DNA of 63,390 nucleotides, the filler included, from Acidimicrobiia bacterium (GTDB lineage Bacteria; Actinomycetota; Acidimicrobiia; Spongiisociales; JAHEDJ01), in NCBI GenBank assembly GCA_029210695.1. It is 18 parts of 18 records of this genome, joined end to end, with 100 filler letters (N's around TTAATTAATTAA, not from the genome) between each part and the next. Parts side by side here need not be neighbours in the genome. Positions count along the whole stretch, not along the records: positions 28,728 to 32,127 come from JARGFH010000125.1; positions 32,228 to 35,583 come from JARGFH010000126.1; positions 35,684 to 39,030 come from JARGFH010000127.1; positions 39,131 to 42,390 come from JARGFH010000128.1; 14 more parts are not named here. One strand, 5' to 3'. Positions 28,916 through 39,497 of this stretch are shown here, in pieces. Position 1 is the stretch's first letter; every line of letters starts with the position of its first letter. Position numbers and translations under genes: made by a program. A model generated the notes under the pieces. That model saw only the letters and a program-made list of their open reading frames with translations, searched no databases and had not been told where the DNA came from.

Positions 28916-29722
28916 TCAGGCGCCGGTGAGTCTGCGTGCGTGTTCCTTGCCGTATTCGACGAAGGCGATAGTGGCCTCCACGCTTCCTGGGCGTGGAGGG
29001 TCATCCCAAGGGACTGGCCGGTCAGCCCGCGCCTGCGCGATGAGATTCCGCCATGCCGGCGCGAGCTCCCCCCTTCCCCATTCGAGGGCAGCCAGCTTCG
29101 AGGTCACCTCTCCGGTCTCGAGGGTGTACAGCATGCGGCACATGGATTCCACTGCGTACCGCTGCGCCCAGATCATGTCGAAACTGGTCCAGCTCAGCAG
29201 ATCCTCAAGGAAGTTCCCGATCAGGGTGCGCATCCTGTCGCGCAGCAGGTCGGCGGGAACCTCACACGCAAAGGTCCGCGGCTCGGGCCCGATCAGCGGA
29301 ACGCTGCGCTCACGGAGTATCCATCGGGTGTCTGCGACGTTGCAGTGGGGTGACCATTGCATCTCCCGCCAGCCCCGATCCACATACAGCCACTCCCCGT
29401 CGAGCCGCTCCAGCGTCCCGAGATCTGCCTGCGGTGCGTAGCTGCCTTCCAGATTCGTCACCCAATGCCCCGGACGCGTCGGGATCTCGTCGTGCAGCCG
29501 ACGGAGGGCTCGTTCCTGCTCACCGGTGACCGGCTCCTTCGTCACAACGATGAAGTCGCAGTCGCTGGAGAGATCGCCGGCTCCGAGAGCGAACGACCCC
29601 ACGACGTAACCGCCGACGAGATCGTCGGCGAGAATCGACTGCACGCAGTCGATCAACTCCGCCAACAAGCCGTTCAACTCCGAAAAGGGCGTCGGATCCT
29701 TGGCGGATCTCGCGTTATTCAC
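28916..29722 (-). CDS. Nucleotidyltransferase with AadA C-terminal-like (DUF4111) domain
   Basis: GSFALG....SDCDFIV, CRMLYTLETG.V.SK..A. Confidence 0.85.
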   Translation of the reverse strand: MNNARSAKDPTPFSELNGLLAELIDCVQSILADDLVGGYVVGSFALGAGDLSSDCDFIVVTKEPVTGEQERALRRLHDEIPTRPGHWVTNLEGSYAPQADLGTLERLDGEWLYVDRGWREMQWSPHCNVADTRWILRERSVPLIGPEPRTFACEVPADLLRDRMRTLIGNFLEDLLSWTSFDMIWAQRYAVESMCRMLYTLETGEVTSKLAALEWGRGELAPAWRNLIAQARADRPVPWDDPPRPGSVEATIAFVEYGKEHARRLTGA

Positions 29723-29939
29723 TCAAGCCCTCCTCGGCTCCACTTGGGACCAATGATCGCATTCATCTCCTGCATGGTGTTCGGTGAGCAGCAACGTTCT
29801 CGTCGAGCATCCACGGCTTCCAGCATTCGCCCACCACAGATGCGGCAACGATGCGTTGGCGCAGGCGAACAGGCCGGGAGCTGGCACAACTCGTACGTAG
29901 GCCCGCCCCAGCGGGACCCACCTCCCCGGTCTGGGAGCG

Positions 29940-30371
29940 CTAGGTCTCGCTCGCTACCACCGGATCAGGGCTGCGCTCAGCTGGGTCCGTCCGCCAGGTC
30001 CAGGCAAGACCGATGATCGCCAGCAGGGCGAGGATCTCGACGACGAAGAACCAGATGTCGTCGAGGTCGCCCGGTGGATTGGCCACCATAGACGCGATCG
30101 CCACGACGGCAAGAGCGGCGTTGGCCCAGCGGGCTGCGGTGGAAGGCAACACTCGGTTCAACACGATCATCGAGATGAACAGGCTCAGCACGATCCCGGA
30201 TGCAAGCAGCAGTCCTTCGGCAACTTCCATCGACATGAGTTCTTCGATCCAGCCCGGACGAGCGAACTCGTGGATGTCACGGAAGAGCATGTTGAACAAG
30301 ACGAAGATCCAGAGTGAGGACAGCACTCCCCGACGGTCTGCGTTGATGCGGTTGCTGATGGTGTCCTCCAC
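29940..30371 (-). CDS. DUF6326-like four-TM membrane protein
   Basis: LSSLWIFVLFNMLFRDIHE, RWAN, AWTW. Confidence 0.75.
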   Translation of the reverse strand: MEDTISNRINADRRGVLSSLWIFVLFNMLFRDIHEFARPGWIEELMSMEVAEGLLLASGIVLSLFISMIVLNRVLPSTAARWANAALAVVAIASMVANPPGDLDDIWFFVVEILALLAIIGLAWTWRTDPAERSPDPVVASET

Positions 30372-30662
30372 GGTCGGCTCCTCCTGGGACAGATTGACAC
30401 TGTGAGTAGGTGAGACACCGTAACAAACATACGGTGTAAGTAGTTGCCGAAGGCCCGCGAAGAGACGCCTCTTGAATGGTCCTACCGACGCGGGATTACC
30501 CAACAGAGACATCTCGGAATCAGAAGCGCTCCAGTATCCAGTCGGCGATCGTCTTGGGAACCACCGGCCATCGTCTCCTCGATGAGCCCATATTCTGAAA
30601 CGGCGCCCGTCGTCGCGTTCTGGAACAGGTGATTGAGTCCGGCGAGTTCCGGCAATTCTGAA

Positions 30663-30737
30663 CCGCACCTCGAAGTGCCGTTCGGCGCTATTCGCTGTCG
30701 CGGGCGATATGGCGCGGGAACAGGGCGATCGGTGCGG
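30663..30737 (+). repeat. GTGCCG-family repeat, copy M
   Basis: CCGCACCTCGAAGTGCCGTTCGG...GGCGATATGGCGCGGGAACAGGGCGATCGG. Confidence 0.75.
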
Positions 30738-30738
30738 T

Positions 30739-31086
30739 TCAGATCTCAAGGAGCGTGGCATCGAACCAGATGTCCTCATGGCCCGGCGCGGTCAGGAACC
30801 GCCACCCAGGCGGAAGAGCGAGATACGGAATAGCCTCCGGCGCCCACTCTCCGACGTGCTCGACGTGGAGTGGCACGAAGAAATCGGGATCATCGCTGTA
30901 TTCGCCACGCCATAGATACCAACCGTTGGTGTCGCCCTCGGGAGGATGTCGAAGACCGTGCAGCGGCACGGTCTCGCTGCGCACATTGGCTGCGACACCA
31001 AGTTTCGTCCCGGCCGCCGGTGTCTCCGGGTCGGCGGCGAAGCGCCGACATACCTCAAGCTGAGTGGTTTCAGATTCCATGTTCAA
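30739..31086 (-). CDS. Imm33-like immunity protein
   Basis: GLRHPPEGDT.GWY.W.GE...DFF.PLH..H...YLALPPGWRF. Confidence 0.7.
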   Translation of the reverse strand: MNMESETTQLEVCRRFAADPETPAAGTKLGVAANVRSETVPLHGLRHPPEGDTNGWYLWRGEYSDDPDFFVPLHVEHVGEWAPEAIPYLALPPGWRFLTAPGHEDIWFDATLLEI

Positions 31087-31114
31087 CCTCGAAAGGAATC
31101 ATGCCAGATCCAAC

Positions 31115-31172
31115 TGCTCCTCGACGTGGTCGCGCTTGACGAGCGATATGGCACAAGATCAGGTGATCGGCT
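31115..31172 (+). repeat. GTGCCG-family repeat, copy M2 (shortened)
   Basis: TGCTCCTCGACGTGGTCG...GCGATATGGCACAAGATCAGGTGATCGG; contains the stop codon of the 31159 gene. Confidence 0.55.
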
Positions 31173-31998
31173 CTGTTTGCGTTGTAGGGGGTGGAGCGAG
31201 AAGCTGATCGATCGCCATCGCGAACTGCTCGAAGTCATCGATGTTGCTGACAGCCTCGCGGTACCGGTGGAAGGCTTGGCGATAGTGGCCAGTCAGGATC
31301 TCAACTTCTGGCAGCGGTTCGCATGCCCTGATCGACATGTGGCTCCGGCCATACCCATCATGGTCAACGGCGAGATCCACAATCACATCACCGCTGTCCA
31401 AGATCTCTTGGAGACGCGGGCGGGTTTCGCCACGTAACCGTTCGACCAGTCTCGTAGGTCGATCCTCCCCGGCCAGGCCGAAGATGGTGATCTCTGACGA
31501 GGCGTCACCCCCTACCGCGAGAGCGAGCGCTATCAGATCGGAGGAGTTGCGAAGCTCGAAGAAGCCTGCCTTTGCCCGGTGGGCCCTCTCCCAACTGGTG
31601 GGCTCGGGCCGTATCGGAACCACAGAACGAGCAGGCACGAAACCTCGATCCACGTCGCTGAGTGATCCAGGTTCAGCTTCGACGTCGTACTCCCAATCGA
31701 TCATCACGATGTCGGCCGGTTCGATACTCAGGAGCCTTGCCGCATCATCCCGGTAGTAGCACGGGATTGCGAAGCGCGATCTCCCGGCCGTGACAGCCCA
31801 GGCGAGCGCACGCCAAACCGCCAAAGCCTCTCCATCGTTGTTGTTGATGGCAAAGCGGAAGTACGGCGACTGCAGCCGATCTTCCGAATAGACCTCATAG
31901 AGACCGGGCCAGAGAACGTCGCCCGCCAGCTCAACTGCACAGTGGTAGGTATGCAGGTCACCACTCTGCTCGTGGCCAAAGTCGAGGAAGTCATCCAC
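31159..31998 (-). CDS. Hypothetical protein
   Basis: 279 aa ORF with natural composition. Confidence 0.6.
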   Translation of the reverse strand: MDDFLDFGHEQSGDLHTYHCAVELAGDVLWPGLYEVYSEDRLQSPYFRFAINNNDGEALAVWRALAWAVTAGRSRFAIPCYYRDDAARLLSIEPADIVMIDWEYDVEAEPGSLSDVDRGFVPARSVVPIRPEPTSWERAHRAKAGFFELRNSSDLIALALAVGGDASSEITIFGLAGEDRPTRLVERLRGETRPRLQEILDSGDVIVDLAVDHDGYGRSHMSIRACEPLPEVEILTGHYRQAFHRYREAVSNIDDFEQFAMAIDQLLAPPPTTQTEPIT

Positions 31999-32227
31999 CC
32001 GCCCATAATGCCACGCCGGCTCCTTGCTTCCAGCGTGTCCAATCCGAGCCGAACCGGCAGGGTGATGATGTGGGGGCCTGGTCGAGCCACCGCCGTTGTT
32101 GGTGGTTGGTTACGGTTGGGTGGTCTCNNNNNNNNNNNNNNNNNNNNNNNNNNNNNNNNNNNNNNNNNNNNTTAATTAATTAANNNNNNNNNNNNNNNNN
32201 NNNNNNNNNNNNNNNNNNNNNNNNNNN

Positions 32228-32302
32228 GGTCTCCGGCATCACCCACGACTGGCCCGCCGCCAACCAACCTCACCGAAAGCCACTTTTTCGGCAGCCACCT
32301 AG
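32228..32302. mobile_element. IS1182/IS5-like terminus at a CTAG target (copies 52006-52079, 60679-60754)
   Basis: Three identical ends ...CACTTTTTCGGCAGCCAC-CTAG; family assignment tentative. Confidence 0.7.
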
Positions 32303-32327
32303 ACGAACTCGCCTATCGTGAAAGACT

Positions 32328-32762
32328 ATGGATCTCCCGGACGTCATCGCCCATTCCGCACGGCTTGGACCAATCGTGCACCTGGCCACAGTGGCACCAG
32401 ATGGGATCCCTCATGTCGCGCCGGTTCACGTCGACTGGCACGATCGAATGCTCTACTGCGCGGTCGGACGATCGAGCGCAAAAGTGCACAATGCGGCTGC
32501 TAACCCGTCCGTCTGTCTGCATCATCAGGTGACCGCGGATTCCGGGTGGGATTCGCTGATGGTCTGGGGTGTTACTCGCCTGTTGACCTCATCCTCGCAC
32601 AAGCATGAACTGTGGTCGGTGATGTCATATGATCTCAATCTCTTCTCGCCGGGTGGTCCGGACAACTCGCCTGAAACGATCTTCATCGAGATCAAGCCGA
32701 GCCGGGCGCTCTTCTTGGCCCGGTTCGGGTTCGACGGCCGATCGGAGTGGCGTGCCGGCTGA
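32328..32762 (+). CDS. Pyridoxamine 5'-phosphate oxidase-like (FMN/F420-binding) protein
   Basis: LATVAPDG.PHVAPV, K..N..ANP.V. Confidence 0.85.
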   Translation: MDLPDVIAHSARLGPIVHLATVAPDGIPHVAPVHVDWHDRMLYCAVGRSSAKVHNAAANPSVCLHHQVTADSGWDSLMVWGVTRLLTSSSHKHELWSVMSYDLNLFSPGGPDNSPETIFIEIKPSRALFLARFGFDGRSEWRAG

Positions 32763-33960
32763 GAGAACCGCGCCGGTGGAGGCGTCTCCGCACTTCAAGA
32801 AGTTCGTCACGCTGCGCGTCGGCGGAACGCTCCTCGAACTGGCCGTGGCCCACGACCTGTTCAGCAGCCACGCCGTCGATGCAGGGTCGAAGCTGTTGCT
32901 TCGAACTCTCGTGACCATCGACCCTCCCGCTTCGATCCTCGACGTCGGCTGCGGATACGGGCCAATCGGGTTGGCATTGAAAGCGACATTCCCCGATGCC
33001 CGGCTCGAGATGATCGATCGCGACGCCCTGGCAGTGAGCTTCGCGTCGGCCAACGCTTCCCGCAACGAGATCGAGGACACCACCGCCTACGGCAGTCTCG
33101 GCTACGACTCAGTCGGCCCCCACCACCGCTTCGATCTCATCGTCGCCAACCTTCCCGGCAAAGCCGGATCGGCGGTGATCGAGGAGCTACTGCTGGGTGC
33201 CGGTCGGGTGCTGCGTCCGGGAGGAAAAGCCGCGGTCGTCGCCGTGGCGGCACTCAACGACCTGGTGGCGGACGTGCTGGAGAACAGTCGGGCCGAAGTT
33301 CTGTTGCGCGAGGAGGCTCGCGACTACACGGTCTTTCACTTCCGGGCGGAGCCGGGAGCCGGCGATGCAGCATCGTCTTTCGAGCGGGGCGTCTATACAC
33401 GTGCCCAAACGGGTTTCTCATTTGCTTCGTTGGATTGGGAAGCTTCCACCGCATGGGGGTTGCCGGAGTTCGATTCGCTGAGTTACCGCACGCGACTGAT
33501 GGTCAAACTGATCGCCAACGCCCATCAGAAACGAGCAAGGGCACTTGTTCTCGAACCCGGCCAGGGACATGTCGCAATGGCGCTCCACCGTTGTTGCTCA
33601 CCAGACAAGATCACCCTGGCCGGTCGGGACCTCCTGGCGCTTGAGGCCTCCCGGGCGAATCTGGAGTTGAATGAGGTGGGAGCCGGCACGGTGGACGTTC
33701 ACCATGCTCCGGACCTCTCCCCCCTGATCGGTCCGTTCGACCTGGTGGCGGCGGCCCTGGCCGACAAGCTCCCGATCAACCTCACGACGGCCATTGTCGG
33801 AGATTTGGTGGAAACAGTAACCAAACGAGGATCACTGGTTCTGGGTGGACGTAGCACCACGATCACCAGGGTCGTGGAGTCGGGGATTCTCACAGGACTG
33901 GCGGTGAAGGAACGAGTTCGCAAGCACGGCTTCAGCGCGGTTCGAGTCCGACGAGGCTGA
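32752..33960 (+). CDS. Class I SAM methyltransferase (RsmC/MTS-like, duplicated domain)
   Basis: FSSHAVDAGSKLLL, LDVGCGYG, NLPGK. Confidence 0.85.
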   Translation: MPAERTAPVEASPHFKKFVTLRVGGTLLELAVAHDLFSSHAVDAGSKLLLRTLVTIDPPASILDVGCGYGPIGLALKATFPDARLEMIDRDALAVSFASANASRNEIEDTTAYGSLGYDSVGPHHRFDLIVANLPGKAGSAVIEELLLGAGRVLRPGGKAAVVAVAALNDLVADVLENSRAEVLLREEARDYTVFHFRAEPGAGDAASSFERGVYTRAQTGFSFASLDWEASTAWGLPEFDSLSYRTRLMVKLIANAHQKRARALVLEPGQGHVAMALHRCCSPDKITLAGRDLLALEASRANLELNEVGAGTVDVHHAPDLSPLIGPFDLVAAALADKLPINLTTAIVGDLVETVTKRGSLVLGGRSTTITRVVESGILTGLAVKERVRKHGFSAVRVRRG

Positions 33961-34073
33961 GCGGCCTCATCCAGGCGTCGAGGCCCCGGACGGCTGAGCT
34001 GCGTTCGGCTGTTGCTTCCATGGAGAAGGGGCCCCACCATGCGGTGGGACCCCTTTCGATGAATGCCGAATGC

Positions 34074-34496
34074 TCAGCCTTCGTCTACGACTGTCAGCGT
34101 TCCCTCCATGCCGGCATCGAAGTGACTGGGGATGGCGCAGATGATCTGATACTCGCCTGCCGCAGGGGCCGTGAACGTCTCGCTCTTGGAAGCTCCAGGC
34201 TCCACCTCTTCTTCCCAGTAAACGAAATCGGCCAGCAGTACTTCCTCGGTATCCGGAAGATCTGCTTCGCTGCTGATGGTGACGCCGGGCTTGAGTAGGA
34301 CCCACTCATGCTCGACGGCGCCTTCGTTCGTCATGCTGATGGTGATTGTCTCACCTGCTGGGATCTCCCAGGAGGTCGGGCTGAATGCAAAGTCCTTGAG
34401 AGTGGCGTCGATCTCGGTGGCTGCTCCGCCACCACATCCGGATAACACGATGATCAAGCCGAGTACCGTCGATGCGAACACGCGCCGCGTAGTCAT
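34074..34496 (-). CDS. Cupredoxin lipoprotein
   Basis: LSGC lipobox; HEW and C-x-IP-x-H-x4-M copper ligands. Confidence 0.9.
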   Translation of the reverse strand: MTTRRVFASTVLGLIIVLSGCGGGAATEIDATLKDFAFSPTSWEIPAGETITISMTNEGAVEHEWVLLKPGVTISSEADLPDTEEVLLADFVYWEEEVEPGASKSETFTAPAAGEYQIICAIPSHFDAGMEGTLTVVDEG

Positions 34497-34616
34497 AGTT
34501 GGTCCTCCCCTTCAGTTGGATCCCACTGCCCGTTCGAGCAGATAGCCAATGGACCTTAGAACCTGTCGGCCAGAATTTCTACTGATTGGTCGTTCGAATA
34601 TTCGAGCCGTGGCTAT

Positions 34617-35426
34617 CTAGAAGGACCGCTCGCCCTTCACCAAGGCGAGTGGAGTCATCATGATGAGGTACAAGTCAAGCCACAGTGTCTGACAACCAAC
34701 GTATAACAGGTCGAGTCGCATGCGCTCGTCGAAAGTCGTCTCCGACCTGCGGAATACCTGCCAAAGACCCGTCAGCCCAGGCGGGACTGAGTGTCGATGC
34801 TTGAACTCCTCTGGATTGAGTTCGGCGACTTCCTCCTCGACGAGTGGGCGCGGGCCCACCAACGACATCGTCCCTCTGAGAATATTGAAGAGTTGAGGCA
34901 ACTCGTCCAGTCCCGTCCTACGAATGAACCGGCCTACTCTCGTTAGCCGCGGATCATTGGGTGACTTGTACACGGGAGATTCGACCTTGTGCTCGTCAGC
35001 CGCGATCGCCTCCGCGATATCGTGGACGGTGAGCCCGGATCTCATCGATCGGAACTTCCACACCATGAACTCTCGGCCGTGGCGCCCGATCCGTCGATGT
35101 CTGTAGAAAACAGGGCCTCTTGACGAGGTCTTGATGGCGACCGCCGTCAACACGATGATCGGCAAAAGAGCTAGGAGCAGGATCACTGCCGTCACGATGT
35201 CCAAGACCCGCTTCACCGCCCGACGCGCGACCAGGAAGACCGGAGAGACGTCACTATTGATTCGAAGCTGAAGGCTGCGGGCGCCAATGGCGGCGAACGG
35301 CAACTGAAGCGTTATCCCATCGACATCCGTAGAGTCGGCGAGGTCTATGTAGAGTGGGTCGTCCTCCTTTGTTGGAGCGAATTCCCACGCACCAACGGAC
35401 GGCGCCAACCAAGGTTCCCTGATCAC
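34617..35426 (-). CDS. Bacterial sugar transferase (polyprenyl glycosylphosphotransferase)
   Basis: KR.LD, KFRSM, DPRLTRVG, LDELPQL, MSLVGPRP, PGLTGLWQ. Confidence 0.92.
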   Translation of the reverse strand: MIREPWLAPSVGAWEFAPTKEDDPLYIDLADSTDVDGITLQLPFAAIGARSLQLRINSDVSPVFLVARRAVKRVLDIVTAVILLLALLPIIVLTAVAIKTSSRGPVFYRHRRIGRHGREFMVWKFRSMRSGLTVHDIAEAIAADEHKVESPVYKSPNDPRLTRVGRFIRRTGLDELPQLFNILRGTMSLVGPRPLVEEEVAELNPEEFKHRHSVPPGLTGLWQVFRRSETTFDERMRLDLLYVGCQTLWLDLYLIMMTPLALVKGERSF

Positions 35427-35767
35427 GATAGCCTCCCAGCAAAGGTGATGTGCCCCAAGGGCCCGTGATCCCCGGTCTTCTACCCACCAAGGGGATTGAA
35501 GACAAACTGAACCGCCCTGGGTTTGATGGAGACTCGGTTGTTTGGTTTCCAAGTCATCCGGTAGTGGTCAGTTGAGCGTAGTGNNNNNNNNNNNNNNNNN
35601 NNNNNNNNNNNNNNNNNNNNNNNNNNNTTAATTAATTAANNNNNNNNNNNNNNNNNNNNNNNNNNNNNNNNNNNNNNNNNNNNCGGACGATCCCCGCTGT
35701 GGCAGGGTTCGTGGCACTGCCTACCCCGGTCATCAAATAGCAGACAGACCACTAGAACCTCTTTGTT

Positions 35768-36433
35768 TCACCCTTGCTCGCGCAGGGCCAGGATGGCGGT
35801 CTCGATGTCGGGGCCGGTCAGCGATCCGACGTGGCGGGTGACAACGGTGCCCGATCCGTCTACGAGTACCGAGAACGGGAAGTAGGTGAGCCCGTAACTC
35901 CGCATGGCCGAGCCCGACTCGTCGTCGACGAGCACAGGTATGGGCCAATCGGCGAGCCAGGCGCTCGGTGGGTATTCGGATTCCGCCGGTCGCGCACTCC
36001 CGGAGATGCTGACGATGTCGACGTCGGTCGGAAGTTCGTTGGCAGACCAGTAGGTGATCAAGTCCGAGACCTCGGACTGGCATTGCGGTCACCAGTGGGT
36101 CAGGAACAGGATGATCTTGGGCCGGCCATCGTTCTTGATCTCGACCGGTGTTCCATCGAACGACTGGCCGCTCAGTTCGGGCATTGGGGATCCAAGGGCG
36201 ACGTCCGTTCCTTGCTCCGGCATCGCAGGCAATGGGTCGCCGGTGATGGCTACCGGGCGGATCTCGCTGATGCCGACCGCAGCGCTTCCGTCTGCGGTTG
36301 GCGCGCCGGCCTCAGGATCTGCGTCGTTGCCGCCGGAAATGAAGATGGCGGCCACCCCGGCGAGTATTACTAGCGCGGCCGCCACGCCGAAGATCAGGAC
36401 GGTGCGGGTCTTGGAGGTGTTCTGGTTTGTCAT
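35768..36433 (-). CDS. TlpA/ResA-like membrane thioredoxin, predicted selenoprotein (U-P-Q-C)
   Basis: In-frame TGA at 36089-36091 in THW*PQC; frame continues as a thioredoxin fold; hairpin 10 nt downstream. Confidence 0.85.
36061..36078 (-). promoter_or_regulatory. SECIS-like hairpin
   Basis: AGTCCGA-GGTC-TCGGACT, 10 nt 3' of UGA. Confidence 0.7.
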
Positions 36434-36490
36434 GTTCCCCTAATGTGTTGCGGACGATTGTACGGTCGATCTCCGCGAAACGAGGAAGCG

Positions 36491-37111
36491 ATGGCGAAGT
36501 ACAAGTCCCGGAAGCGAAAGCAAAGCATGGCGCCGCTGTTCTGGGGAGTTGGCGGGGCGATTGTGGTGCTGGCCGTGGTGGCCACTCTGCTGAGCACCGA
36601 CGAGGGTACGGTGTACGGGGATGTCACCGTCCGCGGCGCCGGACTTCCGACTTTCGACGCAGCTGTCGTCGATGGGGCGGTCGGGCTCGCATTGCCCGAG
36701 ATCGAGGGAGTTGACTTCGAAGGTGATCCGGTCGTTATCACCAACGACGGCCGACCCAAGCTCCTGCTCAACCTGGCGCATTGGTGACAGTTCTGCCGGT
36801 CCGAGGTCTCGGGCCTTCAGGATTACTTCGATGCCAACGGCCTTCCGACCGATGTCGACATCTACGCCATTTCGACCCGTGTCGAAGCTGCTCGGGAGAA
36901 CTACCCGCCGGCGGCCTGGTTCGAACGGGAGGGGTGGTCGGCGCCGGTCATTCTGGATGACAGAACAGGCTCGATCGACCGGGCGCTCGGGATCCCCAGC
37001 GTTCCCGCCTGGGTCGTTGTCGGGGCGGACAACACGGTGATACTGCGATCGTCCGGGGTGAAGTCGAATGAGGAGTTCGAGCAACTCGTCGCGCTCGCCG
37101 CGGGTAGCTGA
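36491..37111 (+). CDS. TlpA/ResA-like membrane thioredoxin, predicted selenoprotein (U-Q-F-C)
   Basis: In-frame TGA at 36785-36787 in AHW*QFC; continuation is paralogous to the neighbouring gene. Confidence 0.85.
36798..36815 (+). promoter_or_regulatory. SECIS-like hairpin
   Basis: GGTCCGA-GGTC-TCGGGCC, 10 nt 3' of UGA. Confidence 0.7.
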
Positions 37112-37178
37112 ACCTGGCTGTGGGAATCCCCCTGTGGTGCGGTATGATGCCGTCCGCCCGTTGGGCAGACGCGCCCAT

Positions 37179-37250
37179 TCGGGGGTGGTGTAATCGGTAA
37201 CACAGCAGGTTCTGGTCCTGTCATTGAGGGTTCGAGTCCTTCCCCCCGAG
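37179..37250 (+). tRNA. tRNA-Gln(CTG)
   Basis: Cloverleaf: TCGGGGG/CCCCCGA acceptor, TTCTGGT anticodon loop, GGTTCGAGTCC. Confidence 0.95.
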
Positions 37251-37273
37251 CGAGCCCTGTGAAGGGCAACAAC

Positions 37274-37349
37274 GGCCCCGTCGTCTAGAGGCCTAGGACG
37301 CCGGCCTCTCAAGCCGGTAACGCCAGTTCGAATCTGGTCGGGGCTACCA
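37274..37349 (+). tRNA. tRNA-Glu(CTC)
   Basis: GGCCCCG/CGGGGCT acceptor, CTCTCAA loop, GTTCGAATC, encoded CCA. Confidence 0.95.
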
Positions 37350-37352
37350 CTT

Positions 37353-37379
37353 CGGAACCTCCACTTGGTGGAGGTTCCG
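37353..37379 (+). terminator. Hairpin after the tRNA pair
   Basis: CGGAACCTCCAC-TTG-GTGGAGGTTCCG perfect stem. Confidence 0.75.
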
Positions 37380-37769
37380 CCGCGTCCGGAGAGTGGGCGC
37401 TTTGGGCCACGGGCGTATTCGGCGATGGAATCGAGACGGTCGGCCGTTTGACCGTCGCCGATTTCGAGGGTGGTTTGTGGAAGCTGAGGGTGGAGCAGCT
37501 GAGCGTGATTAGGTGCATGTTGGGGACCTCACACCTGTCCGCCCGGCACCGATCCAAACGGCCCCCGGTCCGGCGGACCAGAAACGCCCGAGGAGGGCAG
37601 GGGGCGCTGGCGCCGACGTGTGGACCATCGATCTCGACACCGGCGAATAGACCCAACTTCTCCAACCAACAAATCAGTGAAACCGAGACCTCACTTCCGG
37701 CCCTTGCGCGAACCCTGGCTTGTCCTGATACTGGAAGGTGGGGAGTGATGGTTCTGCGGGAGGTTTCTG

Positions 37770-38809
37770 ATGAGAGACCGGGCGATACTCCTTCTAGCGG
37801 TGATGGCGCTGGTGGCGGCCTGTGGAGGCGGGGCGACGACCACAACTGAAGGACCAGATGAGTCTGCGACATCGACGACCACACCACAATCCGACACAAC
37901 CACATCTGTGCCGACATCGACCACCACAACCAACTCTGATGCGGCGTTCACCAGAATGGAGGACCTCACCTATCTGACGGTCGAAGGGGGAGTGTTCGAG
38001 GGGGACATCTATGTGCCGGAGGGCGAAGGGTCATGGCCTGTCGTTGTCATGTTCCACGGCAATTTCGACAGCAAGGACGGCCGCAATACGACCGTTGTTG
38101 CCGAGGCAGCCGCAGCCGCCGGGATGTATGTGTTTGTACCGAACTGGCTGACGGGGTCAATCTCTCTCAAGTCACCCCGGAGTCGTTCGACTTCTTCTAT
38201 GCAGCAGCCAATTGTGCAGTGGCGTATGCCCAACCCGACCCAGATGTTTCGCTGCCTGTCGTCGTCTACGGATTCTCTGCGGGTGTCGGACCGGCATCCG
38301 GGGCGGCACTCGACCCTGCCAGCGAGCCGATCCCCGGCTGCGTGGCCGAGAATCCACCTGCTCCGATCACCGGTGCGGTTCTCGGTGACAGCGAGTACTT
38401 CATGCACTCATCGATCTTCGACGGAGGGTTCGCGGCCGATCTCGAAGCAATGCAGGCCACGGTTGCGACGTATGTCGATCCGAACCTCTGGCCGACCGAC
38501 ATGGAGACACGGTTCTTCCTTTGGTATGCCGATGAAGGCACAGCACCGCGAGGGTTCGGCGATCCGTGGGATGAGACGGGCTGGCTGGCGCAACGAGACC
38601 CTGACGGATCGATTCGTTACGACCTTAACCGTCTCGGCCAACTCGACGACGGAGTCATCAGCTTCATCGACGAAGGGCAGTTCCTGGCGCTTCGTCTTGA
38701 GGAAGCGGGGATCGAGGTGACACTCGACAGTTATCCGGGTGGACACACCCCCTTGAACAAGGTGCCCGAACTCGTCGGCTACCTCACGGAGGCGGCCGGC
38801 ATCCACTGA
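37770..38809 (+). pseudogene. Lipoprotein alpha/beta hydrolase, frameshifted near 38155
   Basis: VAAC lipobox and PVVVMFHG in one frame; GFSAG and GGH in another; shift at a G-run. Confidence 0.75.
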
Positions 38810-39497
38810 ATGAAACGCTTCGGGCACTGGGGAATTCCCTCGTTTTTCTCTCCTAGACGGTCGTTTTGTAGGTTTTTCTGTCACTGCTGGGTCGTATGTT
38901 GTGTTCATGGGACAGGTAGTTCTCGATCGATTGTCAACTGATGCTCTGGAGCAGCTGTCGCCACCGGGTGAATACTGACCCTTTATCACCGCTCGAATTT
39001 TGACCCCCTCCTGGTCGGGTCCACCACTGANNNNNNNNNNNNNNNNNNNNNNNNNNNNNNNNNNNNNNNNNNNNTTAATTAATTAANNNNNNNNNNNNNN
39101 NNNNNNNNNNNNNNNNNNNNNNNNNNNNNNCGCAGTGAATTACCTACACATCCACCGCGAGGACTTTTGCTGGCCACCAACGAGGACTTTCACATGGCCA
39201 TGGACACGCATTCGACTATGCGTACTCACGGCTTCAGGTCTACCACCCGTCAAGCACGAAGATCTTCGACCAAAGCACCACCTGCTACTACCTGAACGAG
39301 GGCTGTGACAACGTCAAGAGCCCAACGAAGAACTGGCCACAAAGCGGCTCCCACAAGGTCGTTTCGTATGTATGCGGCCGTGATGGAGACCACCGACTGG
39401 CCGGCTCCGGCTGGATATGGGGCTGTGCTGCGGAAGAACTCGACCCTCACTCCAATACAGATATCTGGAGCAGTTAGCCAGGAGAAAGGACACAGAA

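Noticed and set aside
28916..29722. Bona fide aadA resistance gene
   Set aside because: Only family-level motifs; no evidence of substrate specificity.
36089..36787. Nonsense pseudogenes of TlpA
   Set aside because: Same catalytic-position TGA in both paralogs plus conserved hairpins favours Sec recoding.
38812..38875. Additional boundary-repeat copies (also about 52885-52950 and 28355-28385)
   Set aside because: Only partial similarity and no GTGCC core; needs a profile search, so not counted.
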